Part shown: positions 45,120-59,800 of the stretch, piece by piece
How the letters are laid out: each line of letters begins with the position of its first letter
Numbering within the stretch: position 1 is the stretch's first letter
DNA from: the human T2T-CHM13v2.0 reference genome, Homo sapiens
NCBI RefSeq assembly: GCF_009914755.1
Contig: NC_060926.1
Length of the DNA stretch: 64,000 bases
Direction: 5' to 3' (one strand)
Position numbers and translations under genes: made by a program
Notes under the pieces: generated by a model
What the model was told of the DNA's origin: nothing
The model's database searches: none
What the model saw: only the letters and a program-made list of their open reading frames with translations

Positions 45120-46019
45120 GATGGGTAGCAGAATACAGTGGCCCATGCTTGGCTCTGAATAAGGGGTAAAATTTTGATAAGCAGAATTCTAGAAAGAAGG
45201 AAAGAATGACATGAACAGACAACTGCAAATGTGAGGTCCTTGTTGTTGATTGACAAAATGGTCAGAGCATGGGGATTCTTAAGGGGCTAGGAATGGAAAA
45301 CACTATGAAGTTAAGCAGGAGCCCAATCATAGCAGGTTTCTTGAATGCCAAATCCACAATTTGGAAATTTATAGAAAAATGTGATCCAGGGAATATTTCT
45401 AAGCAAAGGAGAAGCATCTTTAATACTAGGTGCTGTGAAGTTTGACTTAGTATCAGAGTTCCTTATGGAATTAAAAAAATGCAATTAATAATCTGAACTA
45501 GTATGGTAGCAAGTAGAAACAGAAGAAATCTAGGAGCAATGAGATTACTTGCCTATTTCTGATCTATTGGCCAAAAGCATTTTTATCAAGGCCATTGTGT
45601 GATTCTGAACTTCATCTGGAATTGGAAGCAATGACTTTGGTGATACCCCCAGTACCCATAGTCATGAGGACTAAATTTTACACTGGAAGGTGGAGCTAAC
45701 TATAGTATGTGGAGCATGAAGAAATTCAGTTATTAAGCCAGTGCTCCCCAACTTTCCTATTGTTAAAGACTCTTAGATAACTTGTTAAACAGATTTATAG
45801 ACCCCACCAAGGTAACAGAATCAGATGCTCCAGGGGAGCATGTGTGCTGAAGCCCTGTCCTACCATCAGACAAGTTGGTGAACCTAGATCCAGGGAAAAT
45901 GTGACTTCAAAGCACCAAGGTAATTGATGGGCTATAAAGGCCTGTGTTGACATCATTTGCACAGCAGTTTTTAAAGTATAATGGTCATTAGTTTTCCCAG
46001 GTCCTGAGAAGTTAAAGTC

Positions 46020-46775
46020 ATAACCCAAATCTGACTGTTTCCCCTTCCCTCCTCCACTATCACCCTATTTTGATCCACCACTATCTCCTTCCAGGGTCAC
46101 TCTAATGTATCCTAACTGGTCTCTTTGTTTCTGTGCTTTCTGGGATATAGTCTGTTTCCAATACAAGAGATGAAATAGTCTTTTAAAAACAAATCTCAGA
46201 TCATGCCATGCCTTGCTCTACAACCTCCAGTGATTTCTGTTTACGCATTTTAAAAATTCAAACTTCTTATCATGGCCTCCAAAGCCCTACAGGGGCTGTT
46301 CCCTGCCCATCTGTCTTGTTTCAGCTTCTACCACTTTACTTTGCTCATGCTGGCTTGTTTCCTGTTGCCCTTGGCATCAAAAGCTTGTCAATCTCTTTGA
46401 GTTTGGCCCTCATTATTCTTCCTTCAAGGGACCATCTTTCTCCAGATATTCACTGGACTTGTTCTACAGTGTCATCCAGAAAGGCCCTCCTAACCCAAAT
46501 GTAGACGAGCTTCTATGTACCAAAATCACCTCTTCATACTCCTGTTTAACCCTTTTCCTGATTCATTTCACCTCAAAAGTCCTATCACTATCTGATCTTT
46601 TATTACATATGCATAAATATGTTTTCCTCTGTCTCCTCTACTAAAATGTATATGCCCTGGGATTGTGCATTCTATCTGGCTGTCTAGTTCACCATATTCC
46701 CCAGTGCTGAGAATGGTTTCTAACAGTTAGTTTATGCTCAATAAGCATGTCTTGGATGGGTGGGTGAATGAATGA
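46020..46775. mobile_element. L2 LINE 3' fragment
   Basis: cctaactggtctc...agtcttttaaaaacaaatctcagatcatgcc...tgctcaataagcatg...tgaatgaatga terminus. Confidence 0.75.
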
Positions 46776-49045
46776 TGTACTCATAATGCAAGAGGAGTTA
46801 TTTGGTGTATATGCCTTTTGAATCAGTGCCTTTTTCTACGCTACCATCTCTATAATTCAGCCTTTAATTGTCTGAACTACATACTCTTTGTAATCTTTTC
46901 TCATATTTTTATGCTTACACACCAGATGACCTGTTTTTTTTGTGCGTGTGTGAGATCATTATTTATACAATATTTTATTACATACATTGGGAGAGATTTC
47001 TATTAGGCACAGTTAGGCTACGAAGAACATTCCCATCTTTATTGGCCTCTTGATACTTCTCTCTTCTCATACTTGATTTTACCCTAGGTGTTTGAGCATC
47101 CTACTCACATGTCTGAGGAGGGAGACCATCTAGTGAATGCCAAGACTCTGTCCGAGGGCTTTACCTAGGATCAAGTAGTCCTTGGTTTCTCTGACCTTCC
47201 TCCTCATCTTTCTCTAATAGAAGCAGTCTCCTACTGGACTGAGAGTCAGAGACAAGCTCTTAGAAAAAGTTGTTGCTTCTAGCGAAGGTATACTTAGGTC
47301 CAGATTTGGGACATTACTAGTATTTAGAGGGTCTGGACTCCATTAGCCTCAGGAAAGTCTGATGTCCAGGTAGGCAAAAGCTCCTGTAAAATACACCATT
47401 CAGTGTGGCCAAATTTATATTTCCCAGTTTGTTTTAAAGACATGAGATTTAGAGCAACATGGCACCGGGCCATTGATTTGGTCTTTATTGTGTCTATCTC
47501 ACTGGCATTAAGTCAGTCATAATTATCTAATCAGCTCTTTGATGGTCTGTTTATCTGAGATTTTCTAATTTCTAAATTCACTTCACAGAATAAGCTAGCC
47601 AATGAGCAATTCCAAATGAGGTTTACAAGACAGACTTAGGATCTCTTATAATCACTGCTATCTCTGATTCATTTCACCTGTTGAAATTCAGGAATATAAA
47701 ATTTGTTGTTATTGTGGCTATTTTAAATATTCTACCAGCTATGTGCTTTCTTTCTCATATTTGATTGCGGTGTCCTCCCTAAAAAGAAATTCACCTGAAA
47801 TCATAGGTTGTGAACTCAAGATAAGATGGTAAGAATCATTAACTGGGTTGCATACAGACGATACAACTGTGCATGCAAACAAAACTCTCATCAATACATG
47901 CACATGCACAGAGATCTATCAGCTGCATTTACACCTTGCCCAAGCAACAAACACATTACATTCTTCCTTTATCTTTTCAGAGCAAGATAGGTCAGCAATT
48001 GCCTCAGAGTCTAAATCAGTACTTCATTAGAAGAAATTGCTCTTCTTCTAGAAACATCGTTACATTGACAGCATGTTGAGAGGAGCCTAAGGGTGGGCTT
48101 CTACAGTTTAGCTCCATGCCCAGTGGCCCTGCCTGCCTCACGCTGACCTGCCTTCCAGGATGTGCTGAGGAAGTTTCCTGACTAGGAGCTTCAGCCCCCG
48201 TGGCTTCTGCCTTATTTCCTAGGCAGGCAAGAACGGTTGCCTGTCTGGTAAAGTTTCGCTTGCGGAGGACCTGCCTGGAGGCAAATCTGTCTAGTTATCT
48301 CCTTGCCTTTTGAAGTGACACTGCACACAGCTGCTTTTGCCTCATCTCAGCTCCTACCTGCCTGGAAGAGACTTTGCCTGAGAAGTCCTGACCAGGGCGC
48401 CTGAAGACTTATTTATGTGGGATGAGAATCTCTCCACAGGAACCCAGAGAGTCGATTTGCACACCATGCTTTTCATCACTGAAGGCGATATTTTTTTCTT
48501 TTGGTTCAGATGTCTAGAGCTAAAACAGAGAAAAATATTTTCCCAGTTGAAGAAACATCCCTTTACAAATTTGACAAGGGTAAGGGTAAGGCTCTTATGA
48601 CAAGTAATTGGCATGAAAACTGGTAATACGTGGTATTAAAGGGCATGAAAAAAGGAGAGCGACTGCTATCCTTTAAAATGGCTGTGAACTTGAGTAATGA
48701 AATATTTTTGGGGAAAAGGTGGGTAAAATGTGAGTGGCTTTTAAAAAATGAGTAATTCTAAATTAATTTTGAGAGATTTCATATTTTCTAAGTTATTAAT
48801 AATCATTTAATTATATGACTTTTGCCTACATTTTAGTATTCTGGAGGAAAGAGATCTAAATCCTTTGGGGCGAGTCACTGAAGTTGCTTGACGGCTGTTT
48901 TGCTGCCTTCTACCTGTAGGGTAACTGCTGTCTTCTACCTGTAGGGGAAGCGCTTCCTCTGGAGCGGGGGATGCAGCACCCGGAAGCAGTCATGCCAGGC
49001 CTGCCTGATTCCCATCTTCTTGCCAGGTAAAATCTGATTGAAGTG

Positions 49046-49182
49046 GCGGGGCTTAATACCTAGGTGAAGGGTTGATAGATGCCGCAAGCCTGCATGGCAC
49101 ACGTTAACCTATGTAACAAACCTGCACGTCCTGCACATGTATCCCAGAACTTAAAATAAAATAATATTAAATTAATACTAAA
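49046..49182 (+). mobile_element. ~140-bp L1 3' end (L1PA13-16-like)
   Basis: gcttaatacctaggtgaagggttgatag...catggcacacgttaacctatgtaacaaacctgcac...cagaacttaaaataaaa. Confidence 0.85.
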
Positions 49183-49194
49183 AAAATCTGGTTA

Positions 49195-49537
<343 letters not shown>

Positions 49538-49884
49538 AAAACCTGGTTAAAGTGAACGCCAAAGCAGCAGGGTTGATTGAATTAGGGGTGTGGCTGCCTG
49601 CAGTGCCTTGGAGGTGGACAGGAAAGGAATCCTTGAGCCTGCCTTTGCTGGCTTATGTAGTCCTGATTTCTGGGACTTCCTCTTGCTTTCTCCCTGAACC
49701 TGTAGGCACTGGCATAGTTCTGGTTTCCTGGGTTCCCAAATTGGGGTCAAAGTGGGAAGAATAAGCAAAGCATCAATAGAAATGACCAGAAAATATCTTC
49801 CATCACTGCATCGCCATATCTGGTGGTGGCTGAGCAGTTTGCAGAGGCTGCTGCAGACTGCCACAGTGTGCTTTCATGGGTGAT

Positions 49885-50120
49885 GGAGGTTAGGAACCAA
49901 GACCTTAGAGCTGGATCAGCCTACTGTGGATCCTGGCTCTGACACTTAATTGCTGGGTGAACTTGAGCAAGTGACTTGAATTCTCCGAGATGTAGTTTTC
50001 TTATAAGAAATGAGGATACTAAACCCCACTTTGTAGGAGTTCTATATGTTCAATGAAATAATATTTGTTAAGTATCCAATATAGCATGGCTCATTGTAAA
50101 GGCTCAATTAAGGGTAGCTT
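49885..50120 (+). mobile_element. MIR SINE
   Basis: gatcctggctctgacactta...ttgagcaagtgacttgaattctc...ataagaaatgaggatact. Confidence 0.7.
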
Positions 50121-50399
50121 TTGGGGGTAGTTATGTACATGTGCTAAGATAGAAACTTTTGCTGTTGTAGCTATTCCCACCTCAGTATAACCAATGCTCA
50201 GTGAATAACAGGTGAAACATCGACTCTGTGTGGCTCTTGACTGCAGGTTTAAAATCCCAGACTCGTTATCCTCTCCTATTCAACATGCTTGCTCTCACCA
50301 GTTGTTACTTTGCAAAGTGCTCTAAAGTAACCTAAGACAAATAAAGAAAATTAAATAAATCACAATTATACTTCCAAACCAGTTTTATTTGCTCTAGAT

Positions 50400-50617
50400 C
50401 AGGGTCAGCAAACTTTTTCTGGAAAGAGCCAGATAGTAAATATTTTAGGCTTTGTAGGCCATAAGGTCTCTGTCTAACTACTAAACCCTGCCATTGTTAT
50501 GTGAAAGCAGCCAGAGGCAATTCTTTAAAAATGAGATTGACTGTGTTCCAATAAATCTTTATTTATAAAAGCAGATGGTGGGCTAGATTTGTCCTGCGGG
50601 CTCTGATTTGCTAGCCC
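50400..50617. mobile_element. MER58A DNA transposon
   Basis: cagggtcagcaaactttttctggaaagagccagatagtaaatattttaggctttg...tttgctagccc. Confidence 0.88.
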
Positions 50618-51849
50618 TTTACTAGAATATGGTGATTATGTTCAATCTTGGGACATTTTGCTTTGCTTTTTGTTTGTTTCTTTAACAAGAAAAAGATACA
50701 AGAGAAAGTGATGGCACGGAAAGTGATACCTGGACCTCTGGAGTACAGTGTCCTAGTCCCAGTGCTGACACTAGCATACTGAGTCACATGAGAATTACAT
50801 GGGACTTCTCTGAAGTATTTCAAAATGAAAGATTTTCATTTTAAAAATCATACGTTGGAGCTGGGTCTCTCAAAACATATTTTTTACAGTTTTATGACCT
50901 GTACTGTGCCTTAGATGTCATATCTGACTGCTTAACCATTCTCACACACACCACTTGTCAAGACAAGATCATCAGCCAGTGCTTATGAGCCATCGATGTT
51001 TAGGCACTGCCCCATAATTTAACTCTGCTCAGGTCAATATGTGCAGTGAATGTTCAACAGCAGGATGCTGAAGCAGTGTCTAGAGGTTGTATTAAGTGGG
51101 ATAGAAATAAGTGGGCTAAACAGAAAAAATGCTTTAAAAACACTAAAGTGCCATCCTAAATTAGTCAGCCAGCTGTGGATTGCTTAGGAACAGCAGGATC
51201 AGCCAGACAAGACTGGCTTTCAGCCTGCAGGTCAAGGGATAATGTGTTTGACCTCCTGTGCACCCGTGAGTAAATGTTGCTGGCTGTAACACTGCCTCAT
51301 CCACATAGCCAGGGTTTGTCTCCATGGAGCCAGGAGGCCATTCGACTAGGCCTTCCTCACAGTCAACATGGCTCAAATTTAGACTTTCAGCATTATCCCC
51401 AAATAAGGTCATACATACTAGCACAGAGATACATGACAGGATGGAAAAAAATATGTTGTAAAATATGGAACATATGTCTCATTACCATGCCACAGTGCTT
51501 CTAGGACACAACAAATTAATATTTTACGTTAACTTAACAAAATATATAGTGTAGAGCAAATAATATGCCTTTTGTCTTTTGTGTTTTACAAGTATTAATT
51601 TGTTAAATGTAAACAACTCAAATAAAACATGTTTTTTTGATAACCAAGTTTAGGCATATCTTTATTTTTTAATGCCCTAGAGATCTTTGAAAGTGCAGGT
51701 GGAACAGAGTTCTTGCCCCATGGCTCCACTACCGTTGCAGTCATAGTGAACGTGAGACCAGATGGCAGGGATCTGATGGTAATGCATTTATTAATTTATT
51801 TGATACCCGTAATTTCTGCGAATATCTAAGCTCTTAGATTTATGCTAAT

Positions 51850-52372
51850 TTAAAGTGCTATTTTAAAGACTCAAAGATGACTATTCACTTAAGCCCTTTT
51901 GGTGATTTCCCATTGCTCTTAGGGCAATATCCAATGTCTAGAAACTGCCCTGTCTCTTCAGGCTCATTTCATACCAGCCTCCTTCCTTTTTCTTTTATTC
52001 CAACCATGTTGTTTATCTTTCGGTTCATTCCTTGCCATGCTCTCTCTCTCTCCCTTGATCTCTGCACATGATATTCTTTCCTGGAACCATCTTCCTACCT
52101 CATTCCCTAAATGGCTGGTATATTTCCTTAGGTCTCAGCTTAAAGGATGTTAGAATCCCCTAAACATTTCCAACTCCTACACCAGCTCACACTTTCTGTT
52201 TTAAGCTGTGACAACCTCTATCATAAGCACCATCAGAGATGACTGGAATTGCTTATGTAATTGTATGTTTCCCCTGTAAGACTGCATATTTTATGAGGTT
52301 AGAGATTATGTCTGTCTTGTTCAAAGCTATACTATCATCCTGCACATTGTTCAATAAATATCTGTTGCATGA
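51850..52372. mobile_element. L2 LINE fragment
   Basis: ggtctcagcttaaag...ttcaataaatatctgttgcatgaa terminus. Confidence 0.55.
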
Positions 52373-52448
52373 AAAACCTTTACCAATGACCAGAGGTTTT
52401 TATATTTTCTCTAGAGAAGAGAGTGCTGTAGCTTCTACTTGTTTGCAT

Positions 52449-52998
52449 TGAAGGAATTCAGGACATGCCACCCAAAAATATACTACCGTGGCATATTGAC
52501 CGTTTTGAGCTGAAGGCACTTGAGAAACAGCAGATACAGGAAGGGCTTTCTGAACTCCTCTTTTCCATCTAAAAAACAGGCTATAAAATTTGCCATGAGA
52601 AAGGTGCCCTTCCTGTACAAGGAAGAGAACATCCTTATCAGCAGAGACTGGAAATCAATGCTGAAGTGGATCTGTACAAACAACCTTACTAAAATAATCC
52701 TTATCTTCCATTAGTTTCCCCCAATATGTCTCTTAATCACTACCCCATAGCTTACTGTTCCTAGCCCAAACGCCTGTGTCTTGTCATTTGTTCACAAATC
52801 TTTCATTTCTTTGTTTAAATGGCATATAAGCTTTCTGCTCTGGTCACTTCTTTGAGGCTTCACTTTCTTGTGGGGACTCCAGGTACATGTAAAATTCTAA
52901 GACTGGTACATCTTTCTCTTGCTAATCTGCCTTATGTCAGTTTAATTCATAGGTGCAGTCAGAGGCCCCCCAAAATAGAAATTGTTTCCTCTCCTACA
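52449..52998 (+). mobile_element. ERV1 solo LTR (MER34/MER39 group)
   Basis: TG...CA ends (tgaaggaattcaggacatgccaccc...tttcctctcctaca) and a perfect 4-bp TSD gcat at 52445-52448 and 52999-53002. Confidence 0.85.
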
Positions 52999-53529
52999 GC
53001 ATGAGCTTAGTGGTAATCTTTGAATAGGAAGGGAACTGTGTTGCTTGCACTTTTATACATGTGGACATGTAAAAGCTGGCTAAGAGAAGTAATTAGTAAA
53101 TTGGGCCTGTGTGGACAAGCCAATTCTCATTCTAATGCTGTGAATACTTAATAGTCATAAAAGGGTACTGTGGTACATAAAAAGGATATTCACACTACAG
53201 TGAAATGCACAATTCAGTGTTGAAGATTAGAGCTTGTAAAGGAATACAATTTTTCATTTGGTCTGTCTATTACAGGTTTTGGACATGCTAAATGTCTTGA
53301 TTGAGAACACTGCTTAAGTGATAGATTACTGACCCCAAGGCCAACAGGGATCAGGCATTAATGTAAAGAAAAGGGCTGGGTGGGGACTGGGGCAAAATGG
53401 GGTTCAGCCATAGGTAATTGTTTCCATGTGGAAGTGTGAGCTTGGACAGGTGTTTTGATTTTTGAAGAGAAGCAGAAAATCCATAGCATTGATGTGAAAT
53501 AATGATTTTTTTTAAATGTTGGTAAATAA

Positions 53530-53835
<306 letters not shown>

Positions 53836-54225
53836 AATAATTTCAAAAATTTTAAATACTTTTCTTAGTAGACAAAACATGTCTGCTGGGCCACCAGCTT
53901 GCCAGCTGTGAATTTAAAACTTAATCATTGGGCTGCAATCAGAATTACTGAGACAAACAATAAAGTTGCTGATGCATGAATAAATGATGCATGGATATTT
54001 AACTAAATTAACAACTGATGCATAAATAGTAAATCAAAGAATTTTAGAATGAGAAGGGACATTAGAATCACCTTGGAACACCTTTCTCTATGATACAGAT
54101 GAAAAATCTCAGGTCCACAAAAATTAAATTCTCGGGCTTAAACTCAGATGCACAAATTAAATAACATGGACTTGAATCCAAGTGTTTTGATGCTTGGCTT
54201 TTCCCACATCTCCAAGCAACTGTGG

Positions 54226-54263
54226 GGTGTGTGTATGTGTGTGTGTGTGCGTGTGTGTGTGTG
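54226..54263. repeat. Imperfect (TG)n microsatellite
   Basis: Directly visible. Confidence 0.9.
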
Positions 54264-54299
54264 CATATTGTGCTATAATAAAAGTGTAAATGGAATGAC

Positions 54300-54472
54300 A
54301 CATGGTGGTCAATGCTAGTACAATTCAAATTTTACTGTGCGTGCGAATCAATTGGGGATCTTGTAAAAAATGAAAGTTTTGATTCAGTAGGGCTGGAATG
54401 GGGTCCAGGTCTTTTCAGTTCTTAAAATGTCCCAGGTAATGCTGATCCCAGTACCAAATTTTGTTAGTAAGG
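54300..54472. mobile_element. MER5A-like DNA transposon
   Basis: gaatcaattggggatcttgtaaaaaatg...gattcagtagggctgg...cccaggtaatgctgat. Confidence 0.65.
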
Positions 54473-54873
54473 ACCTACCTTATTGACAATTGTCCTGGAT
54501 GCCTGGGCTGGACTAAATGTCCAAGAGCAGAATATGTTCTTTGCTCTTTTCTGTGTCAGTCAACACTCTAATATTGTATTTCTCTCATTCTGAATCCTTG
54601 ATAAGTAAAATATATTAAATTAAATGCTAAATTCACTCAACAGGAAAAGTAGATGAGCAAATGACTGGAAACAAGGGGTAGTAAGCTATATGAATCAAAA
54701 ATCTCCGTGATGCAAAGCATATGAGTCCTCTCATGTCTTGTTTTATAGATAAGTATTAGTTCTGGTTAGTTCTTGGGGACCTCTCAAATCATTTTGTAAC
54801 TAATAGTAACAAAAAAATGACATTCTTGACAATAAAGGAGAAAAAGGTATTTCAGAATGTAACAGCAAACATT

Positions 54874-54890
54874 CCACAAGATGGCAGTAA
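54874..54890 (+). promoter_or_regulatory. Candidate CTCF-binding motif
   Basis: ccacaagatggcagtaa closely matches the CTCF core consensus. Motif only; there is no binding evidence here. Confidence 0.45.
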
Positions 54891-56508
54891 ACTCTTATGC
54901 TTTACATTATCCTTAACTTTAACCTTTTACAGAATATATATTTCATCAGTGGAAATTTTTCGGACTGAGAATTACACATTGTTTTTTGAAAAGACAAAAC
55001 AATACTTAATAAAACTTATATTTTTCACAGTCCCCAAACTAATGACTATATATCTACACTTTCTTCTTCATATGAGTATGACACAGTCATGCCATTCTTT
55101 TAACTTGTACTTAGTTTCAGGTTCTCATTTAAGACTGAGTGGAATATACTTTGGTGAAATATTGTAAATGTTATGAAAAAATAGGTAGATGATTAAGAGA
55201 TTTTAAAAATAAAAATAAATAAAAAAATGACCAAAAGTAAGAGCTGGAAAATGTGTTAAAAACCTTGAATATAATAATAATCTATTTTTCCATAAATTTC
55301 ACAATATTTCAACAAAAATGTGTTTTTTATCAACCTAAAAATACTGGTAATTACGGTTTAATACCCATTGCATTATAAGACTGTAAACATTAAAGAAATC
55401 ACACTCTTAAGACTTGTCTGTAAGCTCTGTATTCTCTCTAAACCAGTCTCAGGAGATTACAGAAGCATGAATTAAGAAAAAGAAAATACAACAATTAAGG
55501 GTTTTCTAACAAGCTGTTCTCATGTGAATAAGAAGAAATGGGTAATCTACTGACCTAAAGATGGTGATATACATATGTACAGATACCCTCCTTTATACTG
55601 CAGTGATAATGGCAAAATTGGGTAGTACCCTCTTTCATCATCAAACCTGTGTGTGACCTAAAACCACTCATTTAATGACTTTGGGATTCAGTTCCTTCTA
55701 GTATAAAATAAAGTATATAGATTAGTTGATTTCGTTTCCAGCTCTGTAACATTCCAGGTTTCTCAGGAGAAAACATAGTTAAGTAAGATAAGTGTAAACT
55801 TTGAGAAGGACCATGGTGTGTAGAGGTTACTGGGGCCTTTAGGGTGTGGCAACACCGTATCTTTTTTCTTTATGTATTCTAGGTTGCTCGTAGAGAGAAT
55901 CCTGGAACCGTATTTGTTTTAATATAACCCAGAAAGAGACTGGCAAGGTAGAGTGCTGCATCAGCACTGAGGGGTGTGTGGCTGTTTTCTGTATTCTTGA
56001 AATAACCGTATTATGAATCTCTTTTCTTCACCCATAAGTTTCATTTCATTAGGCCCTTAAAATAGTCAAGGGAAGAGTTGACAAGTAGTAAATGATTTGT
56101 GTTTAGCAGAGAGTGCTTTTATATATTAGAGGGCACCAGGAACATAAGAGAGCTGTGTCAATTGTAGGGGTGGGATGCCCTCTGGTAGCTTTGCCCCCTT
56201 CCTGGACAGTAGTAGCTCGCTTCCTCCTGCCTCCCTGACTCTCCCACTCTTTTCCTTCCACCTTTTCTCTCTTCTCTACTCTCTTTTCTCCTTTCTTCCT
56301 CACCCTTCTGGTCTCCAGGCCCGTGTTTCCCAGGCCCATCCCATTCCATCCACAACTCCTCGGGCACTTGTACTCCTGCAGATGTGGTCACACAGAGCGT
56401 CTGGTGGTGCATGACCCCTGCTTGCCATTGAGACCATTGGGCCAGGGTGGTGCTTTGCTTCAGGCATGTCATTCCATTCCTAGCTCAGCTGAGGATGGGG
56501 ATGTAGTA

Positions 56509-56847
56509 CAGTAACCCCTCCCAATCCATAGGGGACATGTTCCAAGACCGCCAGTGGATGCCTGGAACCACAGATAGCACCCAATCCTGTATATAGTGGT
56601 TTTTTTTCTATATGTACATACTTATGATAAAGTTTAATTTATGGTAGACACAGTAAGAAGTTAATAACAATAATCAATAATCAATTAGAACAATATAGTA
56701 TAATAAAAGTTGTGTGAATATGGTCTCTTTTTCCTCTCTCTTTCCCGAAATGTCTTATCTTGTTTTACTTACCTATTTTTGCACTGCAGTTTATCTTGGA
56801 TAACTGAAACAGTGGAAAGCAAGACTGAGGATGAGGGGAGACTACTG
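56509..56847. mobile_element. MER2 (TcMar-Tigger) DNA transposon
   Basis: Terminal inverted repeats cagtaacccctc... and ...ggggagactactg, preceded by TA; internal gttccaagaccgccagtggatgcctggaacc. Confidence 0.88.
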
Positions 56848-59800
56848 CATTGCTTTGTCTCTAGTGGAGTAGAGAGTCCTCTTTTGCTTCCAAATGAATT
56901 TTTAAAGATATTAGCTAAAAGCACCATTGTGTTAGATGGAGCCAGATAATATCATTAAGCTCATAAGCATGTGTCACTGGTAAGTAACATAAATGCTGAA
57001 TGGTTGAGTTTCAATTGAGTGCCTGCTGACCCAGCTCCAACGCTAAAATTTTCTTCACATACCTTTCACACATACACTACATTTATGACTCTTGATCTCA
57101 GAAACACTTAAGGACATTCTACAGGAAAAACAAAGTCAGCTTTATTTCAGGTTCTGGATTTTTAGACTGTCAGGCACTTCCACACGTGTGCTCCATGATC
57201 TATGATATGTTCCACACCTAGCACTCATTTAGAATTGGCTTAAAGATTATATCTAAAAAAGGTATCAAAACCAAAATAAAATAGGTAATAGATGTTTTGC
57301 TTTCTCCTACTCCACAATTTAAGCCTCAACCAATTGTATGCAAACCTTGTCCCTCTCCCCCATGATATTATCCTCAACTTCTGTCCAGCAGTAAAATTCC
57401 TATTCCAATTTAAAGAGTTGAACTAGTCCCCAGAAAAATGCAAAATGGGAAAAGATTGTCTTTAGAATTTCTCTACCTTTCTCTCAGAGTTCCCATCAAG
57501 TATTGCTGCTTAGCTTCCTGGTGTCCCGGCTGCCGCTCTGTCCTGGTTTCCCTAGGAGCCTACCAAGAACTCAAACAGGACATTGAACTCAGAGAATTAT
57601 TTTTCATAGCCTGTTAGTGATGTTTCTCTCTTCTGAACACTTGTCGAGTTTAAGCAGTGGGTTCCAGGAGCTGAGCCTTAAAGCATGAGATAGGTGGAGG
57701 CATGCTCACTTTGGTCAAGTAGACAGTTCTGTCATCACCACACTTCGGGGTTGAGTCTTCTCAGTTCAGTTACTTTTAGGATAATTTCACAGCAATGGAC
57801 TAGAATCATTTTTTGACAGTATGATTTAATAGCCAAAATGACCAAGGTACTTGGATATCAAAACTTTGGCCTTATCAGGTTGGTAATTTTAGAGATCCTA
57901 TCAGATGAACCCTTCAGCAATTCTATCGATTGCCTACTACCCAAACAAGCTCCTTTATGGCTAATTGTTTAAGGGATAGCTACAAAGATGCATTTCCTGT
58001 CTTTCAGTAGCAAACAGTGTCTGGAAGGCACTGACCTTTACCAGTGGGACAAACAGGTTGTATCCCCAGAAGACAGTGATGTTCAAAGTAAGATTGCAAG
58101 AGAAAAACAGTATTGATTGGATTTAAGGAAGAATGGTTATATTGTATTTATATTTAGACAAACTCATAAGATGTAGTCACAAAGAAACAGTGGTAAACAT
58201 AAGGAATCAATTCGACTCCTGTTGATTTCATTATTAATTACAAAATGATATCCTCTGTTATGAAATCTTTCATTTATTCATTTGTTCAAGGATAACTTCA
58301 TTCTTTGAACAAGTGTTTATTGAGAGCTTAATATTTATGAGGCACAATACCTGGATTAAACTAAGCTTGATTCAAAGCACATGAAGTATTTAACAGATGA
58401 AAAAAATACAGAAAAATTAATTTCTTTGGTATAACAAATGCAAAAGGTCTTACTTGATACATAGTGATTTTAGTCTATTTTATAGCTTCAGGATCTAGAG
58501 GTTAAATTATTTGCCCAAAGACACCTAAATTTTGTAACTAAAACCTGCATATCTCTATTACCTTTCTAGTGCACTTTTCCTATTGCACACTGGCATTACA
58601 TTCATTGATTCTTAAAACAACCCTTCATCCAGGCCTTAAACCTTGGCTTTAGGCTCCAACTCTGGCTCTTTTTATGAGGCCACCCTGAGCTCCCAACCTG
58701 GGCTCTTAACTCCTTTCCCAAGAAGCAGGAAGTTTCTGCATTCCCCAGCCTGCAACTATGGCAAACACACAAACACATGAATAATGAAACAAGCAAACAG
58801 ACAAACAAACAAAGCACGGCCTTTTCCTTTCCTGAGATACTCAGGAGAATTTTAAAATATAGACCCAATTTTGGAGTTAAAAGGTTTGTGCTCAAAATTC
58901 AGTTCTGCACCAGGTGACCTTGGCTAGGTCCTACCAACTCTGTCACTGAAGCCAGCAGCTTACCTGATTGATTGACTTTTCATTTATTTCATCTACCATC
59001 TTCATGTTAGGAAGCCACAGACTCATGGATACCCAGGAAATAAACATGACTTTTTTATAGCTCAAAAGCTTTCTAAGGGAATTTGAAGAGGGTTCTTTGT
59101 GTGTGTGTGTGTGCCAATTATTATGTTTTACTAAGCTCCACCATCACTTTGGCATTAATAATGCAAACAAGAACCTTTACTACTTGGCTGACCCCAAGGA
59201 AATGGCTAATTGTGATTCTTAAATCTATAGACCTCATGAGACAGCAACTATACCTTTATGCATATGCTTGTTATTGATCATTGCAGAAAGTATTTAACTG
59301 TCTGGAATAGTCTCAGAATTACTGTAGTTGGTGTTGCTCAACAAATTTGTCTTTTGATGTAAAATGTCATTGTCAAAATTCAAAGTTATAATAAGATTCT
59401 GCACAAAGCACTCTGAATTACATTTCTCAGAATAACTTGAGAAAGTATTGTTCAGTAGCAATGCAAAGCACTAATTGTAATATTTCAGAGAAAACCTTTC
59501 ATTTTTTCAAAACTTGTAAGTCTATTAATCCTAAAATTATGATTCACTCCAAGGATATTTTAGCACAAGTTCAGAAATATAATATAATGTTCTATAATAT
59601 AATTAGTAATCCAATAAAATATTTTGCTCTAAATTACTTAATAAATGTACTATGTGAGTAATAATATTCTTAAAATGAATTCCAGGAAAATTCTTCAGGT
59701 TCTTCTTTCAAAATAATTGCATATAATTCTAAAAAATGTATTGGAGTTCCAAAGACTGCAGTCTTTATTTTATTGAATTAGACAGCACGCAGGCTAATGG

